DNA of 64,000 bases, taken from the NCBI GenBank assembly GCA_963748015.1, contig CAVVHE010000006.1:1-64000 (forward strand), written 5' to 3'. Below the pieces are notes generated by a model. The model saw only the letters and a list, made by a program, of their open reading frames with translations, was not told the DNA's origin and ran no database searches. This document shows, piece by piece, positions 1 through 10,004 of this stretch; position 1 is the first letter of the stretch, and each line of letters opens with the position of its first letter. The stretch comes from Terriglobia bacterium (GTDB lineage Bacteria > Acidobacteriota > Polarisedimenticolia > Polarisedimenticolales > JAIQFR01). The position numbers and the translations under genes were made by a program.

Positions 1-107
1 TGTCCATCTGGGTCACCCGAACCCTCGGACTGTACGCCACTCCTCGTACTCCTCGGAAACGGGAAAGGGCAACGAATTAGGAAAACCTTGATTCGCCGCC
101 CTTTTCC
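1..107 (+). repeat. att-arm-like sequence: TGTCCA motif plus imperfect inverted repeat; homologous to 31761-31862
   Basis: 63-102 matches 31823-31862 at 32/40 nt, with the same distance to the tRNA fragment. Confidence 0.75.
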
Positions 108-113
108 GAACCT

Positions 114-166
114 CTTAAAATCCCCTTCCCGCAGGGGAGTCCGGGTTCGAGTCCCGGCTCCGGCAC
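114..166 (+). repeat. 3' fragment of tRNA-Leu(TAA), anticodon loop to acceptor end; attR-like island boundary (copy 1)
   Basis: CTTAAAA anticodon loop, long variable arm, T-arm CCGGGTTCGAGTCCCGG, acceptor strand CTCCGGCA; no 5' half or D-arm upstream. Confidence 0.9.
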
Positions 167-233
167 AACCAGGCCGAAACTCGCTCGCAGTAGTCTCCGT
201 GAAACGCGATCGAGCCGTGCGGCGGCCTGCTGG

Positions 234-1892
234 TCATCGCCGCACGCCGTCGCTGGCGCCGTAGGTTTTGAGCTTTCTCAACAGCGTACGAAAGCTAATC
301 CCCAGCTCGCGGGCGGCGTGGCTGCGGTTGCCTTGGTGTCGCTCGAGTGCGACGAGGATGGCGCGTTTCTCCAATTCGTCGAGTCTCGTCGGACCCGCGA
401 GGCGGCCGAGGCCGACAGCGGGGCTTCCGGTGCGCACGTCGGGCGGCAGGTCGGCGACGGTGATGCGGTCTCGAGACGCGAGCACGACAGCGCGCTCGAT
501 CACGTTCTCCAGCTCGCGCACGTTGCCGGGCCACGGATACGTCGTCAGAAGGTCGAGCGCCTCCGCCGAGAGGGCGTGGACCGGCTTCTCCGGCTTGCGG
601 GAATAGCGCTCCAGGAAGAGCCTCGCGAGAGGGACGATGTCGTCGCGGCGCTCACGCAGGGGCGGAATGGCGATGGGAATGACGTTCAACCGGTAGTAGA
701 GGTCGCGGCGGAACTTCCCGGACGCCACCGCCTTTTCGACGTCCCGATTGGTGGCCGCGATCACGCGGACGTCGACCTTGATCGGCCGGGTCGCGCCCAC
801 TCTACGGATCTCGTGGCCCTGGAGCGCCCGCAGGAGCTTAACCTGGATCGCCGGGGGCGTCTCGGCGATCTCGTCCAGGAAGAGCGTGCCGTGGGCGGCC
901 TCCTCGAACAGCCCCTTCTTCTCGCTCACCGCTCCCGTGAAGGCGCCCTTGACGTGCCCGAACATCTCGCTTTCGAGAAGCGGCTCGGGCAGGGCGCCGC
1001 AGTTCACCGCCACGAAGGGCCCACCGGCCCGTGGCCCCTGATCGTGGATCCACCGCGCGACGAGCTCCTTCCCGACGCCGCTCTCGCCGGTCACGAGGAT
1101 CGTGGTGTCACCTGGTGCGACCCGCGCGGCGAGCTCCAGGACCTCGCGCATGCCCGGGCTCCTGGCCACGGGAGCCTGCGGACCCTGGAGTTGCTGGGCC
1201 AGACTCCTCCATCGCTCCGCCTCCCTTTTCTGTCGCGTCGCGGCCTGCCGCTGACGATCCAACGCCAGTTCGAGTCTCGCGATCTCGGTGCGGACGGATG
1301 CCGCCTTGAAGTAATCGAGAAGGGGCTCAAGCTCCTTTCCCCACGCCGACCGCTCCTTCCCCACCGCCCGGCAACGGGAAGCACCGGTCGCGGCGCATTC
1401 CTGCTCGATGAAGTAGATCTCCTCCCCGAGGCACGCGGAGAAGTATCCGCTCGCGTACCCGGCAAGAGTCCAGCAGACCCCCGCGTCCGTGGAGCGGAAA
1501 TGCCGCGCGTGCAGCTCGACCTCGTGGCCGTTCTCCCATGCAATCTCGATCTCCGAGACGGCGCCGTCGGGCGACCGACGGATCTCGCTCCGGATGGCGG
1601 CCGCTTTCCCTTCGAATCCCTGAAGCACGGGGCCGGCCTTGTACCACTCGTCCGGCGTATCCCAGCAAAAGAGCGTCTTCAGCGTCTCGGCGTCCCGGTA
1701 GCCGTTGGCGTACGCGAGGCGTGTGAACAGACCCCGCGCGGCCTTCCAGCCGACCGCATCCACCAGCTCCCGACGGAGCATTCCCATGGCATCGGCGTCG
1801 TACAGCAGCATCCGCCGGCCGTGGAACGAGATCGCGCCCTTCATTTCGCCGAAGTCGAGGAGTTCCACCGCTCTCAGATCGGCAGCCCTCAT
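234..1892 (-). CDS. Sigma54-dependent activator, XylR/DmpR type (XylR_N-V4R-AAA+-Fis HTH)
   Basis: GESGVGKE Walker A, GAFTGA, WPGNVRELEN, C-terminal HTH; N-terminal XylR/V4R-like region with Cys residues. Confidence 0.92.
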   Translation of the reverse strand: MRAADLRAVELLDFGEMKGAISFHGRRMLLYDADAMGMLRRELVDAVGWKAARGLFTRLAYANGYRDAETLKTLFCWDTPDEWYKAGPVLQGFEGKAAAIRSEIRRSPDGAVSEIEIAWENGHEVELHARHFRSTDAGVCWTLAGYASGYFSACLGEEIYFIEQECAATGASRCRAVGKERSAWGKELEPLLDYFKAASVRTEIARLELALDRQRQAATRQKREAERWRSLAQQLQGPQAPVARSPGMREVLELAARVAPGDTTILVTGESGVGKELVARWIHDQGPRAGGPFVAVNCGALPEPLLESEMFGHVKGAFTGAVSEKKGLFEEAAHGTLFLDEIAETPPAIQVKLLRALQGHEIRRVGATRPIKVDVRVIAATNRDVEKAVASGKFRRDLYYRLNVIPIAIPPLRERRDDIVPLARLFLERYSRKPEKPVHALSAEALDLLTTYPWPGNVRELENVIERAVVLASRDRITVADLPPDVRTGSPAVGLGRLAGPTRLDELEKRAILVALERHQGNRSHAARELGISFRTLLRKLKTYGASDGVRR

Positions 1893-1941
1893 GGTGCACC
1901 CCCGTTTCTGCCTCGCGCGCCGCTCCGTGCGCACGGATCTA

Positions 1942-1954
1942 TGACAGTTTGTCA
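1942..1954. promoter_or_regulatory. Palindrome TGACA-N3-TGTCA, candidate enhancer (UAS)
   Basis: Perfect inverted repeat upstream of sigma54 promoters; related TGACAAAGCGTCA at 12997-13009. Confidence 0.5.
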
Positions 1955-1968
1955 CAAGTTCGACAAGC

Positions 1969-1983
1969 TGGCACGGTCGTAGC
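1969..1983 (+). promoter_or_regulatory. Possible second sigma54 -24/-12 promoter
   Basis: TGGCACGGTCGTAGC (GG-N10-GC). Confidence 0.45.
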
Positions 1984-2029
1984 TGCCGATCTCGCTCGAC
2001 AACTCTTTCCAACTAATAGACTTCACCGC

Positions 2030-2044
2030 TGGCAGACGCTTTGC
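2030..2044 (+). promoter_or_regulatory. Sigma54 -24/-12 promoter
   Basis: TGGCAGACGCTTTGC, divergent from the sigma54 activator and just upstream of the ORF at 2070. Confidence 0.75.
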
Positions 2045-2069
2045 CCTCCGGTCCATCCGGGAGGCGCGT

Positions 2070-2477
2070 ATGAGGTACCGGATCCTGGCCTTGATCGAGG
2101 ACAACATCGCGACGACCTTACTGCTCGCGACGCGCCTCGGGGCGCTGGGACACCACGTCGAGGTCCTTTCCGACGTCCGTGAGTTTGTCGCCCGACTCGC
2201 CGCGGAACGATTCGATTGGCTGCTTCTCGACGGGGACGTCGTGCACACGGCTGGCAGGTCCCTTGTCGACGCTGTGAGCCGGCGCCGGGGTGATGCCCGA
2301 GTCGTCTGGCTCGGCCGGCGGCTATCCGACGACAGAATCTCGATCACCGCCCATTTCGCGAAGCCGATCTCCTATGCGGAGCTATCCCGCTACTTCTCCG
2401 CCAGGGAGCCGCCGAAAGGAACGGAGACAGCGGGTCACACACAGGGGAAGATCCCCGACGAATGGAGCTTCCAATGA
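2070..2477 (+). CDS. Stand-alone response regulator receiver-like protein
   Basis: LIEDN, FDWLLLD and AKPIS motifs; RBS GGAGG. Confidence 0.75.
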   Translation: MRYRILALIEDNIATTLLLATRLGALGHHVEVLSDVREFVARLAAERFDWLLLDGDVVHTAGRSLVDAVSRRRGDARVVWLGRRLSDDRISITAHFAKPISYAELSRYFSAREPPKGTETAGHTQGKIPDEWSFQ

Positions 2478-3037
2478 ACGCGCGGTATGTGTTGCTTTGC
2501 GCCTCGGCGGCCGTCCCGGCGCTTCTGCCCGTCGCGGGGTGCCATCACCGGGAAGCGGCGCCGACGCCCGCTTCCGCTTCGACGAGCGCGGCGCCGACGT
2601 TGCAACCCGCGAAGGAGTTCACCGAGTCCTTCCCGTCGCCGTCCGCCGGGTCGGAGTCCACGCCGTCCCAAGCTGTCGGAGCCGACTTGGTGGCCGTCTA
2701 CTTCGACTTCGACAAGTCGGAGCTGCGCCCCGATGATCGGCGGCGACTCAACGAGAACGCGAAGTGGCTCACGGCGCACCCGACGGACCGGATTCTCATC
2801 GAGGGGAACTGCGACGAGCGGGGTACCGTCGCATACAACCTCGCCTTGGGCGAGAGGCGCGCTCGCTCGGCGCGCCAATACCTGATCGATCTCGGGATCG
2901 ATCCGTCCCGCGTCCAGATCGTCTCGTACGGCAAGGAGCGCCCCGCGGACCCCGGTCACGACGAGGCGGCGTGGTCCAAGAACCGCCGCGACGACTTCAC
3001 GAAGATCGTGTCCGACTCGGTGGCGGAGAAGGAGTAG
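2474..3037 (+). CDS. pal: Peptidoglycan-associated lipoprotein (OmpA C-like)
   Basis: Lipobox [40 protein letters not shown]. Confidence 0.92.
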   Translation: MNARYVLLCASAAVPALLPVAGCHHREAAPTPASASTSAAPTLQPAKEFTESFPSPSAGSESTPSQAVGADLVAVYFDFDKSELRPDDRRRLNENAKWLTAHPTDRILIEGNCDERGTVAYNLALGERRARSARQYLIDLGIDPSRVQIVSYGKERPADPGHDEAAWSKNRRDDFTKIVSDSVAEKE

Positions 3038-3153
3038 GCGCGAGGACGCCCGGGCGGGAGGCTCGCGGCAGACGCGCGCAACCGACGCGCGCGTCAAGAG
3101 CGGACGAGGATCCGTTGCCAACCGCCGAATCGAGCCCTGGACGCGGAGGCAGC

Positions 3154-4137
3154 ATGACGAAGGTCTTGCGATCGCTCCAAGGTCTGGTCTTGATCGCGAT
3201 CGTCGCGTTGCTCGTCGTCGATCTCGGCGTCCTCCGGCCTCGGAGGTTGCCCGACGCGGCGGGCCTCGGCGAGAAGGAAGCGCTTCGCTTCTGGGATCAA
3301 CCCTATTTCCAGTTCGGTGACCTGCAGGTCACCCCAGCGTTCCTGGTCAAGGCGATTCTGTTGCTCGCCTTGCTCGTGCTGTTCTCGCGGATCAGCCAGC
3401 GCCTGCTGCGCAGTCACGTGCTGAGCCACTTCGCGCTCGACGAGGGGCAACGATGCGCCATCGAGCGATTCGCAGGATACGGGATCTTCGCCTTTGGCCT
3501 CATCGTGGCGTTGCAGGTGCTCGGCGTCAATCTCAGCAGCTTGGCCGTCATCGGCGGGGCGCTCGGCATCGGCGTGGGGTTCGGCCTGCAGAGCATCGTG
3601 GCGAACTTCGTGGCAGGGATCATTCTGTTGCTGGAACGGCCGATCAAGGTCGGCGACCGGGTCGACGTTGGGGGAGTGAACGGTGACGTCGTCAGAATCG
3701 GTGCGAGGAGCACGTGGGTCCGCACCAATGACAACGTGGCCCTCATCATTCCCAACTCGGAGTTCATCAACAGCCGGGTGGTCAACTGGACCGCGAACGA
3801 CCGGCAGGTCAGGTTCTCCGTTTCCGCCGGCGTGGCCTACGGGACCGATCCCGATCTCGTGAGGCGTCTCCTCCTCGAGGCGGCGATGGGACACCCTGAC
3901 GTGCTTTCCGATCCGTCCCCGGACGTCCTCTTTTCGGGGTTCGGCGACAGCTCGCTGGATTTTGAGCTGCGATTCTGGACGATTCGGCGGGTTCAGACGC
4001 CGGGGGTCCTCAGGAGCGATCTGCTCTTCCGCATCTGGCGGATCTTCAAGGACAACAACGTCGAGATACCGTTCCCGCAGCGCGATCTCCATCTGCGCTC
4101 GGTCCCCGAAGGATTCACCGCGTTGGAAACAAGCTGA
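3154..4137 (+). CDS. MscS mechanosensitive channel
   Basis: GIGVGFGLQ, ERPIKVGD, IPNSEF, EIPFPQRDLH. Confidence 0.92.
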   Translation: MTKVLRSLQGLVLIAIVALLVVDLGVLRPRRLPDAAGLGEKEALRFWDQPYFQFGDLQVTPAFLVKAILLLALLVLFSRISQRLLRSHVLSHFALDEGQRCAIERFAGYGIFAFGLIVALQVLGVNLSSLAVIGGALGIGVGFGLQSIVANFVAGIILLLERPIKVGDRVDVGGVNGDVVRIGARSTWVRTNDNVALIIPNSEFINSRVVNWTANDRQVRFSVSAGVAYGTDPDLVRRLLLEAAMGHPDVLSDPSPDVLFSGFGDSSLDFELRFWTIRRVQTPGVLRSDLLFRIWRIFKDNNVEIPFPQRDLHLRSVPEGFTALETS

Positions 4138-4269
4138 GCCGCCGCCCTCCCCGCGGCGGCTCGGGACCCGGCATACGGCCAATCATGACGCGCGGGCGAG
4201 CAACGGCGACGGATTCGAGCCGGCCGGCCGCTCCGGACTCACCGGGTGCCGCCCACGCCGACCTCGAGC

Positions 4270-4890
4270 CTAAATGGGCTCCGAGAAACAGGTCCTGAGG
4301 CCTCGCAGCACGAAGGAAACCGCCTTCGCGGCGATGAAGATGTACAGGATGCGGGGGATCACGAGCACTCCGATGCGGCCCGCCGCTGCCCGGATCAGAG
4401 ACGACATGTGAAGCACGGGGATCACGGCCGCGTAAACCAGGACAGCGGCGGCCGCCGTGTGGTACGAGCCGCGGGCCTGCATCAAGAGGATCACGGTGAC
4501 GATCGTCCCTGGTCCCGCCAGGAAGGGGAACCCCATCGGGAAGACCGCGAGGTGGTCGCCGGACTCGGGTGAAGCAACACGGTTGGCATGAGGGCCGAGC
4601 ACGATTCCACGCACGGCGACCGCGAACACCACGATCCCCCCGGCGATCAGGAAGGCGCACGTCTCCACCTGGAAGAAGTCCTGCAGCAGCCAGTTCCCGA
4701 TGAACGCGAACACGAGCACGATCGTTCCGGCGACCGCAACGGCTACGCGGAAGGAGCGGTTGCGCTGAGCCCGGTCCATCCCCGCCGTCACGTCGGCGAA
4801 CAAGGGCAGGTTCCCCACCACGTTCACCATCGCGAAGAGGAGAAACGCATCGTGCAGAACCGCCTGGAGGTGCCCCAGGACGACGCTCAT
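4270..4890 (-). CDS. MarC family membrane protein
   Basis: VNVVGNLPLF, IAGGIV, AVFPMGFPFLAGPGTI. Confidence 0.88.
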   Translation of the reverse strand: MSVVLGHLQAVLHDAFLLFAMVNVVGNLPLFADVTAGMDRAQRNRSFRVAVAVAGTIVLVFAFIGNWLLQDFFQVETCAFLIAGGIVVFAVAVRGIVLGPHANRVASPESGDHLAVFPMGFPFLAGPGTIVTVILLMQARGSYHTAAAAVLVYAAVIPVLHMSSLIRAAAGRIGVLVIPRILYIFIAAKAVSFVLRGLRTCFSEPI

Positions 4891-6389
4891 GATTCCGCCG
4901 CCGCGGTAGGGTCGAGCGTGCGGCCGACGAGACGAAGAGGGATCGCGGGACCGAACGCACGCTTCCACAATCGGTGGTAATAGGTTTCCTCGACCGATCG
5001 AAGCCGCAAGTCCGTGTCTTCGTCTCCCGCGGGATCGCCGGTCGTGCCGCGCTGAAGCAGGCGGTCCGCGACGAGCCGGGCAGAGCCGGCGCCTTCGGAA
5101 AACTTCATCTTCTTGCGATTCAGGACGGATTCCGGCACGAGGCCCCGGCACGCCTCGCGCAGCAACCACTTCTCCGGGCGTTTCGGGTCCGGCTGGATGT
5201 AGTCGAGGGGAAGCCGGGAGACGTACCGAACGAGGCCGAGGTCCAAGAAGGGAACGCGCCCCTCGATTCCGTGGGCCATGGTCATCCGGTCCGCTCTCTG
5301 CAGGTTGGTGTCCTGAAGGCGAACGGTGATTTCGGAGAGCTCGCGCTTCAGGCGCTCTCCTCCGCCGAGGCGCTCGAGGTAGGCGTACCCCGCGAACAGC
5401 TCGTCGGCGCCCTCCCCGGTGAGGACGACCTTGACGTGTCGGGCCGCGAGGCGGGACAGGAAGAACATGGGAATCGCCGAGCGCACAAGAGGCGCGTCGA
5501 AAGACTCGAGATGTCGAATGACCCCCGGAAGCTCACGCTCGATGTCCTCTCCGTCGTAGACGAGCTCGTGGTGCTCGGTTCCGAGCCAAGTTGCGACCTC
5601 CCGTGCGGCAAGGAGGTCGGGAGCTCCGGCCATGCCGGCTGTGAAGGAGTGGAGCGAGAGCGAGTGGGGGCGCATCAACGCCGCGACAACGCTGCTGTCG
5701 AGCCCACCCGACAGGAACACCCCCACGGGAACGTCCCCCATCAGCCGCTTGACGACCGCCTCCTCGAGCCGCCTGCGGATTTCCGCCAGGGCCTCGTCGA
5801 GCGCCGGCGGCCGGACCGCCGGGCCCGGCGGGAAGGGAAGCGCGTGCGGGCGAGGCGTCTCACCGGCATGGAGGAGATGGCCGGCCGGGAGCTGGTGCAG
5901 CTCGTCCATGGCCGGGAACGCTTTGAGCTCGCTGGCCGCCAGAAACGTCGTACCGGCGCGACCGTAGTACAGGGGCTTGATCCCGAGGGGGTCGCGAGCG
6001 AGCAGAAGCCCACCGGGCCCCGCGATCGCGAGCGCGAACATCCCGTCCAGCCGGATCAGCGAGTCCTCTTCCTCCTCCTCGAAAAGGTGCAGGAGGACCT
6101 CGGTGTCGGTGCGCGTCCGGAAGCGGTGCCGCGCCTCGAGCCCCCGGCGTAGCTCGCGGTGGTTGTAGATCTCCCCGTTGAACGCGACGAGGAGATCGCC
6201 GGTCTCATTCGCCATCGGCTGCTCCCCGGACTCGCGATCGAGAATCGCCAGCCGAACGTGTCCCAGAGCCGCGCTCCCGGTGCACCGCACGCCCTCCCCG
6301 TCGGGCCCGCGGTGGCGGATGCGGCGGAGCATCTCGCGAACGAGCGGTTCGCCGGCGTCGCCGCCCCACGCTGCCACGATGCCGCACAT
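4887..6389 (-). CDS. Glutamine-hydrolysing asparagine synthetase-like amidotransferase
   Basis: MCGI N-terminus, HRGPDG, NGEIYNH, LSGGLDSS, GEGADELFAGY, RVPFLD. Confidence 0.92.
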   Translation of the reverse strand: MCGIVAAWGGDAGEPLVREMLRRIRHRGPDGEGVRCTGSAALGHVRLAILDRESGEQPMANETGDLLVAFNGEIYNHRELRRGLEARHRFRTRTDTEVLLHLFEEEEEDSLIRLDGMFALAIAGPGGLLLARDPLGIKPLYYGRAGTTFLAASELKAFPAMDELHQLPAGHLLHAGETPRPHALPFPPGPAVRPPALDEALAEIRRRLEEAVVKRLMGDVPVGVFLSGGLDSSVVAALMRPHSLSLHSFTAGMAGAPDLLAAREVATWLGTEHHELVYDGEDIERELPGVIRHLESFDAPLVRSAIPMFFLSRLAARHVKVVLTGEGADELFAGYAYLERLGGGERLKRELSEITVRLQDTNLQRADRMTMAHGIEGRVPFLDLGLVRYVSRLPLDYIQPDPKRPEKWLLREACRGLVPESVLNRKKMKFSEGAGSARLVADRLLQRGTTGDPAGDEDTDLRLRSVEETYYHRLWKRAFGPAIPLRLVGRTLDPTAAAES

Positions 6390-8047
6390 CAGCTGCCTCC
6401 GACCTCGACGACCAGCGAACGGAGGCGGCGTCGCTCCGGCACCGGCCTTCTCGTGCGCGGGTGGATCGCCTCCCAGCCTCCGCCGACGCATGCCGTGAGG
6501 ATCCGGCCAAAAAGATGCGGGTTCCCGCGAAAATGGGGAGCGTCGAGAACTCCCCGACGGATCGCCCGCGTGAGGGTCTCCGGGTCGGACCAGGGGTCCT
6601 CGAGATCCGGTCCGAGCGCGCGGATCCCCTCGAGGAGCACGCGAGCCTCGGCGACGAGGTGCCGCTTCCTTCGCGTGACGGCGGGGTCCCTCGTCATGTC
6701 GGGGGCGCCGGAGCGTGCGAGACGGACCGCCCCGCGCGCGATGCGGCAGCTCTCGATGAGCGTGGCGGGGTCGACGACCCGGCTCGCCTCACTGAATCCC
6801 ACGACGTGGAGGATGTGGGGAGCGAGGGCCATCGCATACGTCGCGGAGGCGGCCATGTGCCCCTTCGCCTCGTCCGGATCCGGCGGAAGGCTCGTGATCC
6901 CCGCGCGCACCTCGCGGAACGTCCGGAAGTTCTCGTCCTCGATCTCGCGTATCAACTCGAGCTTGGCGAGCATCTTGCCGAGGTCCATCGCCGGGCTCGT
7001 CGAGGGAGGCGTGTTGAGCATCATCTGGGTCACGTACTGGCGCACCCCCTGCCTCTTCGCGTTGTACGCGGCGAGGAACGCCATCGCGACCGCCAGCGCG
7101 TCGTGCGCGTCCCTCAGGCTCCACTGGTGCGACTCGTTCACCTCGACCGGCACTCCGCGATCGGCGTAGAAGCGCATGGCCGCTTGCTTCTCGACGATCG
7201 CATCGGGGAAGGGAACCGTGCTGCGTCCGTCCATCACGCTGTACCAGCAGAGCGGGATCGCTCCCCACGCGATTCGAATCGTCTCGAGGCTCATCTCGGC
7301 CCACCGGATCAGGTCGCGCGTCCCGCTGTAACAGCGCAGGAGCGGGAAGTTGCCGCAGCGGGTGGCCTCGTAGATCGCTCCCAGATCCTCCGGGCGCCGC
7401 AGCGGGACGCCCCCGGCGCCGTCTTGCGTGGGATCCATTCCCTCAGGTCGGAAGAAATGCTCCTGCGCGTTCTGGTCGGGACCGATGGAAAGGACGTCCA
7501 GCACGCCCGACTCGGCGATCCGGCGCGCACCCTCGATGGTTCGCGCGAGATCGGGCTCACCGTAGTGGTGGCGGAGGATCGGTCGCGGGTACGACGCGGC
7601 GATGCGGGAAACCAGGTCGTCGGCATGGGCGGTATTTCCGACGGGAGCGCCCTCTCCGCGAATGTACGCCGCGACCTCTCCGGGCGCCTCGGTGCCGTCG
7701 AACACTCGGGCGAACAGCCCGCTCCTGCGCGCCTCGGCGGCGACGGGAGGTGTTCCGCCGAAGACCCAGCGCCGACGGGACAGGCCTCGTCGCTCGATCC
7801 CGTCCCGGATCTCTTCCAAGAGCGCGACCGCGTCCTCGGCCGTGAGCCGGTACGACACGGCCACCATCTCGGGATTCGATTCCTCGACCGCCTCGAGCAG
7901 GCGCACCACGGGAACGGCCGGTCCCAGCGACGTCGCCACCCATCCGGCGTCCTCGCACAGCCTGAGGAACCGTTCCAGCCCGGCTACGTGCACGCACTGT
8001 CCGATTGCGGCCCCGAACACCGTCGGTCTTCGGCTCGTCGGACTCAT
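6389..8047 (-). CDS. Cobalamin-dependent enzyme: N-terminal B12-binding domain fused to a glutamate-mutase-E-like barrel
   Basis: CVHVAG (DxHxxG variant), VAVSYRL and FGG B12-domain motifs; C-terminal GVLDAP resembling GlmE. Confidence 0.75.
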   Translation of the reverse strand: MSPTSRRPTVFGAAIGQCVHVAGLERFLRLCEDAGWVATSLGPAVPVVRLLEAVEESNPEMVAVSYRLTAEDAVALLEEIRDGIERRGLSRRRWVFGGTPPVAAEARRSGLFARVFDGTEAPGEVAAYIRGEGAPVGNTAHADDLVSRIAASYPRPILRHHYGEPDLARTIEGARRIAESGVLDVLSIGPDQNAQEHFFRPEGMDPTQDGAGGVPLRRPEDLGAIYEATRCGNFPLLRCYSGTRDLIRWAEMSLETIRIAWGAIPLCWYSVMDGRSTVPFPDAIVEKQAAMRFYADRGVPVEVNESHQWSLRDAHDALAVAMAFLAAYNAKRQGVRQYVTQMMLNTPPSTSPAMDLGKMLAKLELIREIEDENFRTFREVRAGITSLPPDPDEAKGHMAASATYAMALAPHILHVVGFSEASRVVDPATLIESCRIARGAVRLARSGAPDMTRDPAVTRRKRHLVAEARVLLEGIRALGPDLEDPWSDPETLTRAIRRGVLDAPHFRGNPHLFGRILTACVGGGWEAIHPRTRRPVPERRRLRSLVVEVGGS

Positions 8048-9147
8048 GCCACAGCCTCCTGTCCGATCGCGAGGCGCCGGATCGCCTTCAGGTCGAGGTC
8101 CTCGAGGCCGAGGCGACCGACGGTTCGGCCCTCCGCCCGGTAGTCGCGATCGTGCATCGCCGACGCGAGGGTCACCCATGCATCCATCGTCGGCGTCGGC
8201 ACGCCGAACTTCCTTCCAAGGGAGCACATCGGCACAAGGCCGCACGGAACGTCCTCGGTGATGTAGCGCATCTCCGTCCGCTTGGGGGCGTTGATCCCGC
8301 GGTATCCCGGATTGGCGTGCATCGCCTCGTGGAGATCGCGTCCGGCCGCCGCGTACGCGAGGTAGAGCCATTCGCGCGCCGTGATCGTCTGCCACCCGAG
8401 GGCCGCCGATACGGCCACGCGCTCGGCGTCGGCTTTCTCCAGGACCCGGGCCACCGAACGGGTAACCCCGTGATGGTAGAACTCGAAGTCGGTCGGATCC
8501 TCGACCCAGCCCGTGTTGAGAAGGACGATTCCCGGATGGAAGATCATCCCGACGTTCCCGAAGCTCGTCTTGAAGACGTTGTCCCCTGGCACGAACTCGG
8601 GAAACGCCTGCCGGACGACGGACAGGCAACGCGGGATCCGGTGTGCTCGCAAGGTCGCGAGCGGCACGGAATTCTTGATCCGGAAGATCCTGGCCTGGGC
8701 GGGCCCCACCACGCGGCTGGCGAAGATGAATGTCTGGGTCTCGGCGATGATCCCCTCGGTCTCTGCGCCGAGGCGTCGCAGCTCTTGATGGAACGCTATC
8801 GCGCCGAGGGTGCGCCCCGGGTTGAGGACGACGATCTGGTCCCTCTTGAGGTGGGGGGCGCAGGTCCTCGCCAGATCTTCGTGGGCCGTCGCGGGCACTA
8901 CGATCATGACGACGTCGGCGCCCTCCATCGCGGCGCCCGCATCGGTCGTGGTGAGAGCGATTTCGGCGTCGCCGGAGACGCCGGGGCCGTCGATCTCGAT
9001 CCCACCGCGGGAGCGGATGGGTTCCAGGCGGTTAGGGCTCCGGTTGTACAGGCGTACCTCGAGTCCCTTCAAAGCCAGGTAGCCCGCGATCGCCAGGCCG
9101 CCGTGGCCCGCGCCCATCACGCAGAAGACCGGTCGTGCGTGGCTCAT
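8044..9147 (-). CDS. NAD(P)-dependent opine (octopine/nopaline) dehydrogenase family protein
   Basis: GAGHGG Rossmann motif, LNPGRT, RYITEDVPCGLVP. Confidence 0.9.
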   Translation of the reverse strand: MSHARPVFCVMGAGHGGLAIAGYLALKGLEVRLYNRSPNRLEPIRSRGGIEIDGPGVSGDAEIALTTTDAGAAMEGADVVMIVVPATAHEDLARTCAPHLKRDQIVVLNPGRTLGAIAFHQELRRLGAETEGIIAETQTFIFASRVVGPAQARIFRIKNSVPLATLRAHRIPRCLSVVRQAFPEFVPGDNVFKTSFGNVGMIFHPGIVLLNTGWVEDPTDFEFYHHGVTRSVARVLEKADAERVAVSAALGWQTITAREWLYLAYAAAGRDLHEAMHANPGYRGINAPKRTEMRYITEDVPCGLVPMCSLGRKFGVPTPTMDAWVTLASAMHDRDYRAEGRTVGRLGLEDLDLKAIRRLAIGQEAVA

Positions 9148-9332
9148 GGCTTCTCCTCCTCTCGGCGCGCGACACGGGACGGCTTCTCGGAGGCCCTCGC
9201 GCCACCGCGGCCGGCCTGGCACCGGCATCGTGCGCCGCGACCGCCGGACCGGGCGAGATGCGAACTCTTTTGCGGTCCGCGTTTCTTTTGAGCACCGCCA
9301 CGCCTCGTCGTCGCCTTCGCCCCGCGAGCGCC

Positions 9333-9866
9333 CTACCCGGCCTCCTGGAGGAATCCGGCCCGACGGGGCGCGCTTCCGCGCCCGTGCCGGACCTCGTATC
9401 GCCCGGCGCTCTCCCGCCCGACGATCCTGCTGCGCCGCGGCCGCATCCGCCACGGACCTCCCGTCGAGGAGTCCGGGAACGGTCGTTGGACGACCTCGAC
9501 CACCCGCATCTCGCGCCAACCGATCGGAACCCGGCAGGTGACGACGTCTCCCTCATGGGCGCCGAGAAGGGCGGAACCTATCGGGGCGAGAACGGAGATG
9601 CGCCCTATCGTCAACCTCGCCTCGTGCGGATACACGAGCGTATACTCGAAGAACCTCCCCATCCGCATGTCGAAGACGCGAACCCGGCTGTGCATGGTGG
9701 CCACGTCGGGCCCGATCTCCTGCGCGTCCTTGACGACCGCGCAATCGAGCTCCCGCTCCAGTTCCTCGAAGCACCGCTCGTCCTGCTCGTCCGCGCACCA
9801 CTCGCGGCACAGCTCGCGGAGATTCCTCATGTCGGATTCCGTGAGAACGATCCGTCTTCGTGCCAT
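9333..9866 (-). CDS. rnk: Rnk/GreA-GreB family factor
   Basis: LERELD, VATMHSRV, TLVYPHEA, ISVLAPIGSALLG; low-complexity C-terminal tail. Confidence 0.85.
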   Translation of the reverse strand: MARRRIVLTESDMRNLRELCREWCADEQDERCFEELERELDCAVVKDAQEIGPDVATMHSRVRVFDMRMGRFFEYTLVYPHEARLTIGRISVLAPIGSALLGAHEGDVVTCRVPIGWREMRVVEVVQRPFPDSSTGGPWRMRPRRSRIVGRESAGRYEVRHGRGSAPRRAGFLQEAG

Positions 9867-10004
9867 CGGTGTACCTCCTTCCGTCCCTTCCGTGCGGGGC
9901 CGCCGGTGCCCACGACCGGCGGTCCGGGGAAAGGCGCCCGTTGGAGTGCTCGACCCTTTCTCGTCAGTGTCAGTCTAAACGTGACAATACCGCAGGAAAA
10001 GCAG

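Noticed and set aside
60..170. Intact tRNA gene (also considered at 31820-31929)
   Set aside because: No 5' acceptor strand or D-arm; the upstream sequence is an unrelated inverted repeat
318..1982. Long antisense ORFs (also 6461-8143, 27071-28894, 38621-40390, 46629-48470, 58736-61066)
   Set aside because: Shadow frames of well-supported genes in high-GC DNA; no recognisable motifs
9148..9332. Cobalamin riboswitch before the B12 operon
   Set aside because: No B12-box consensus recognisable
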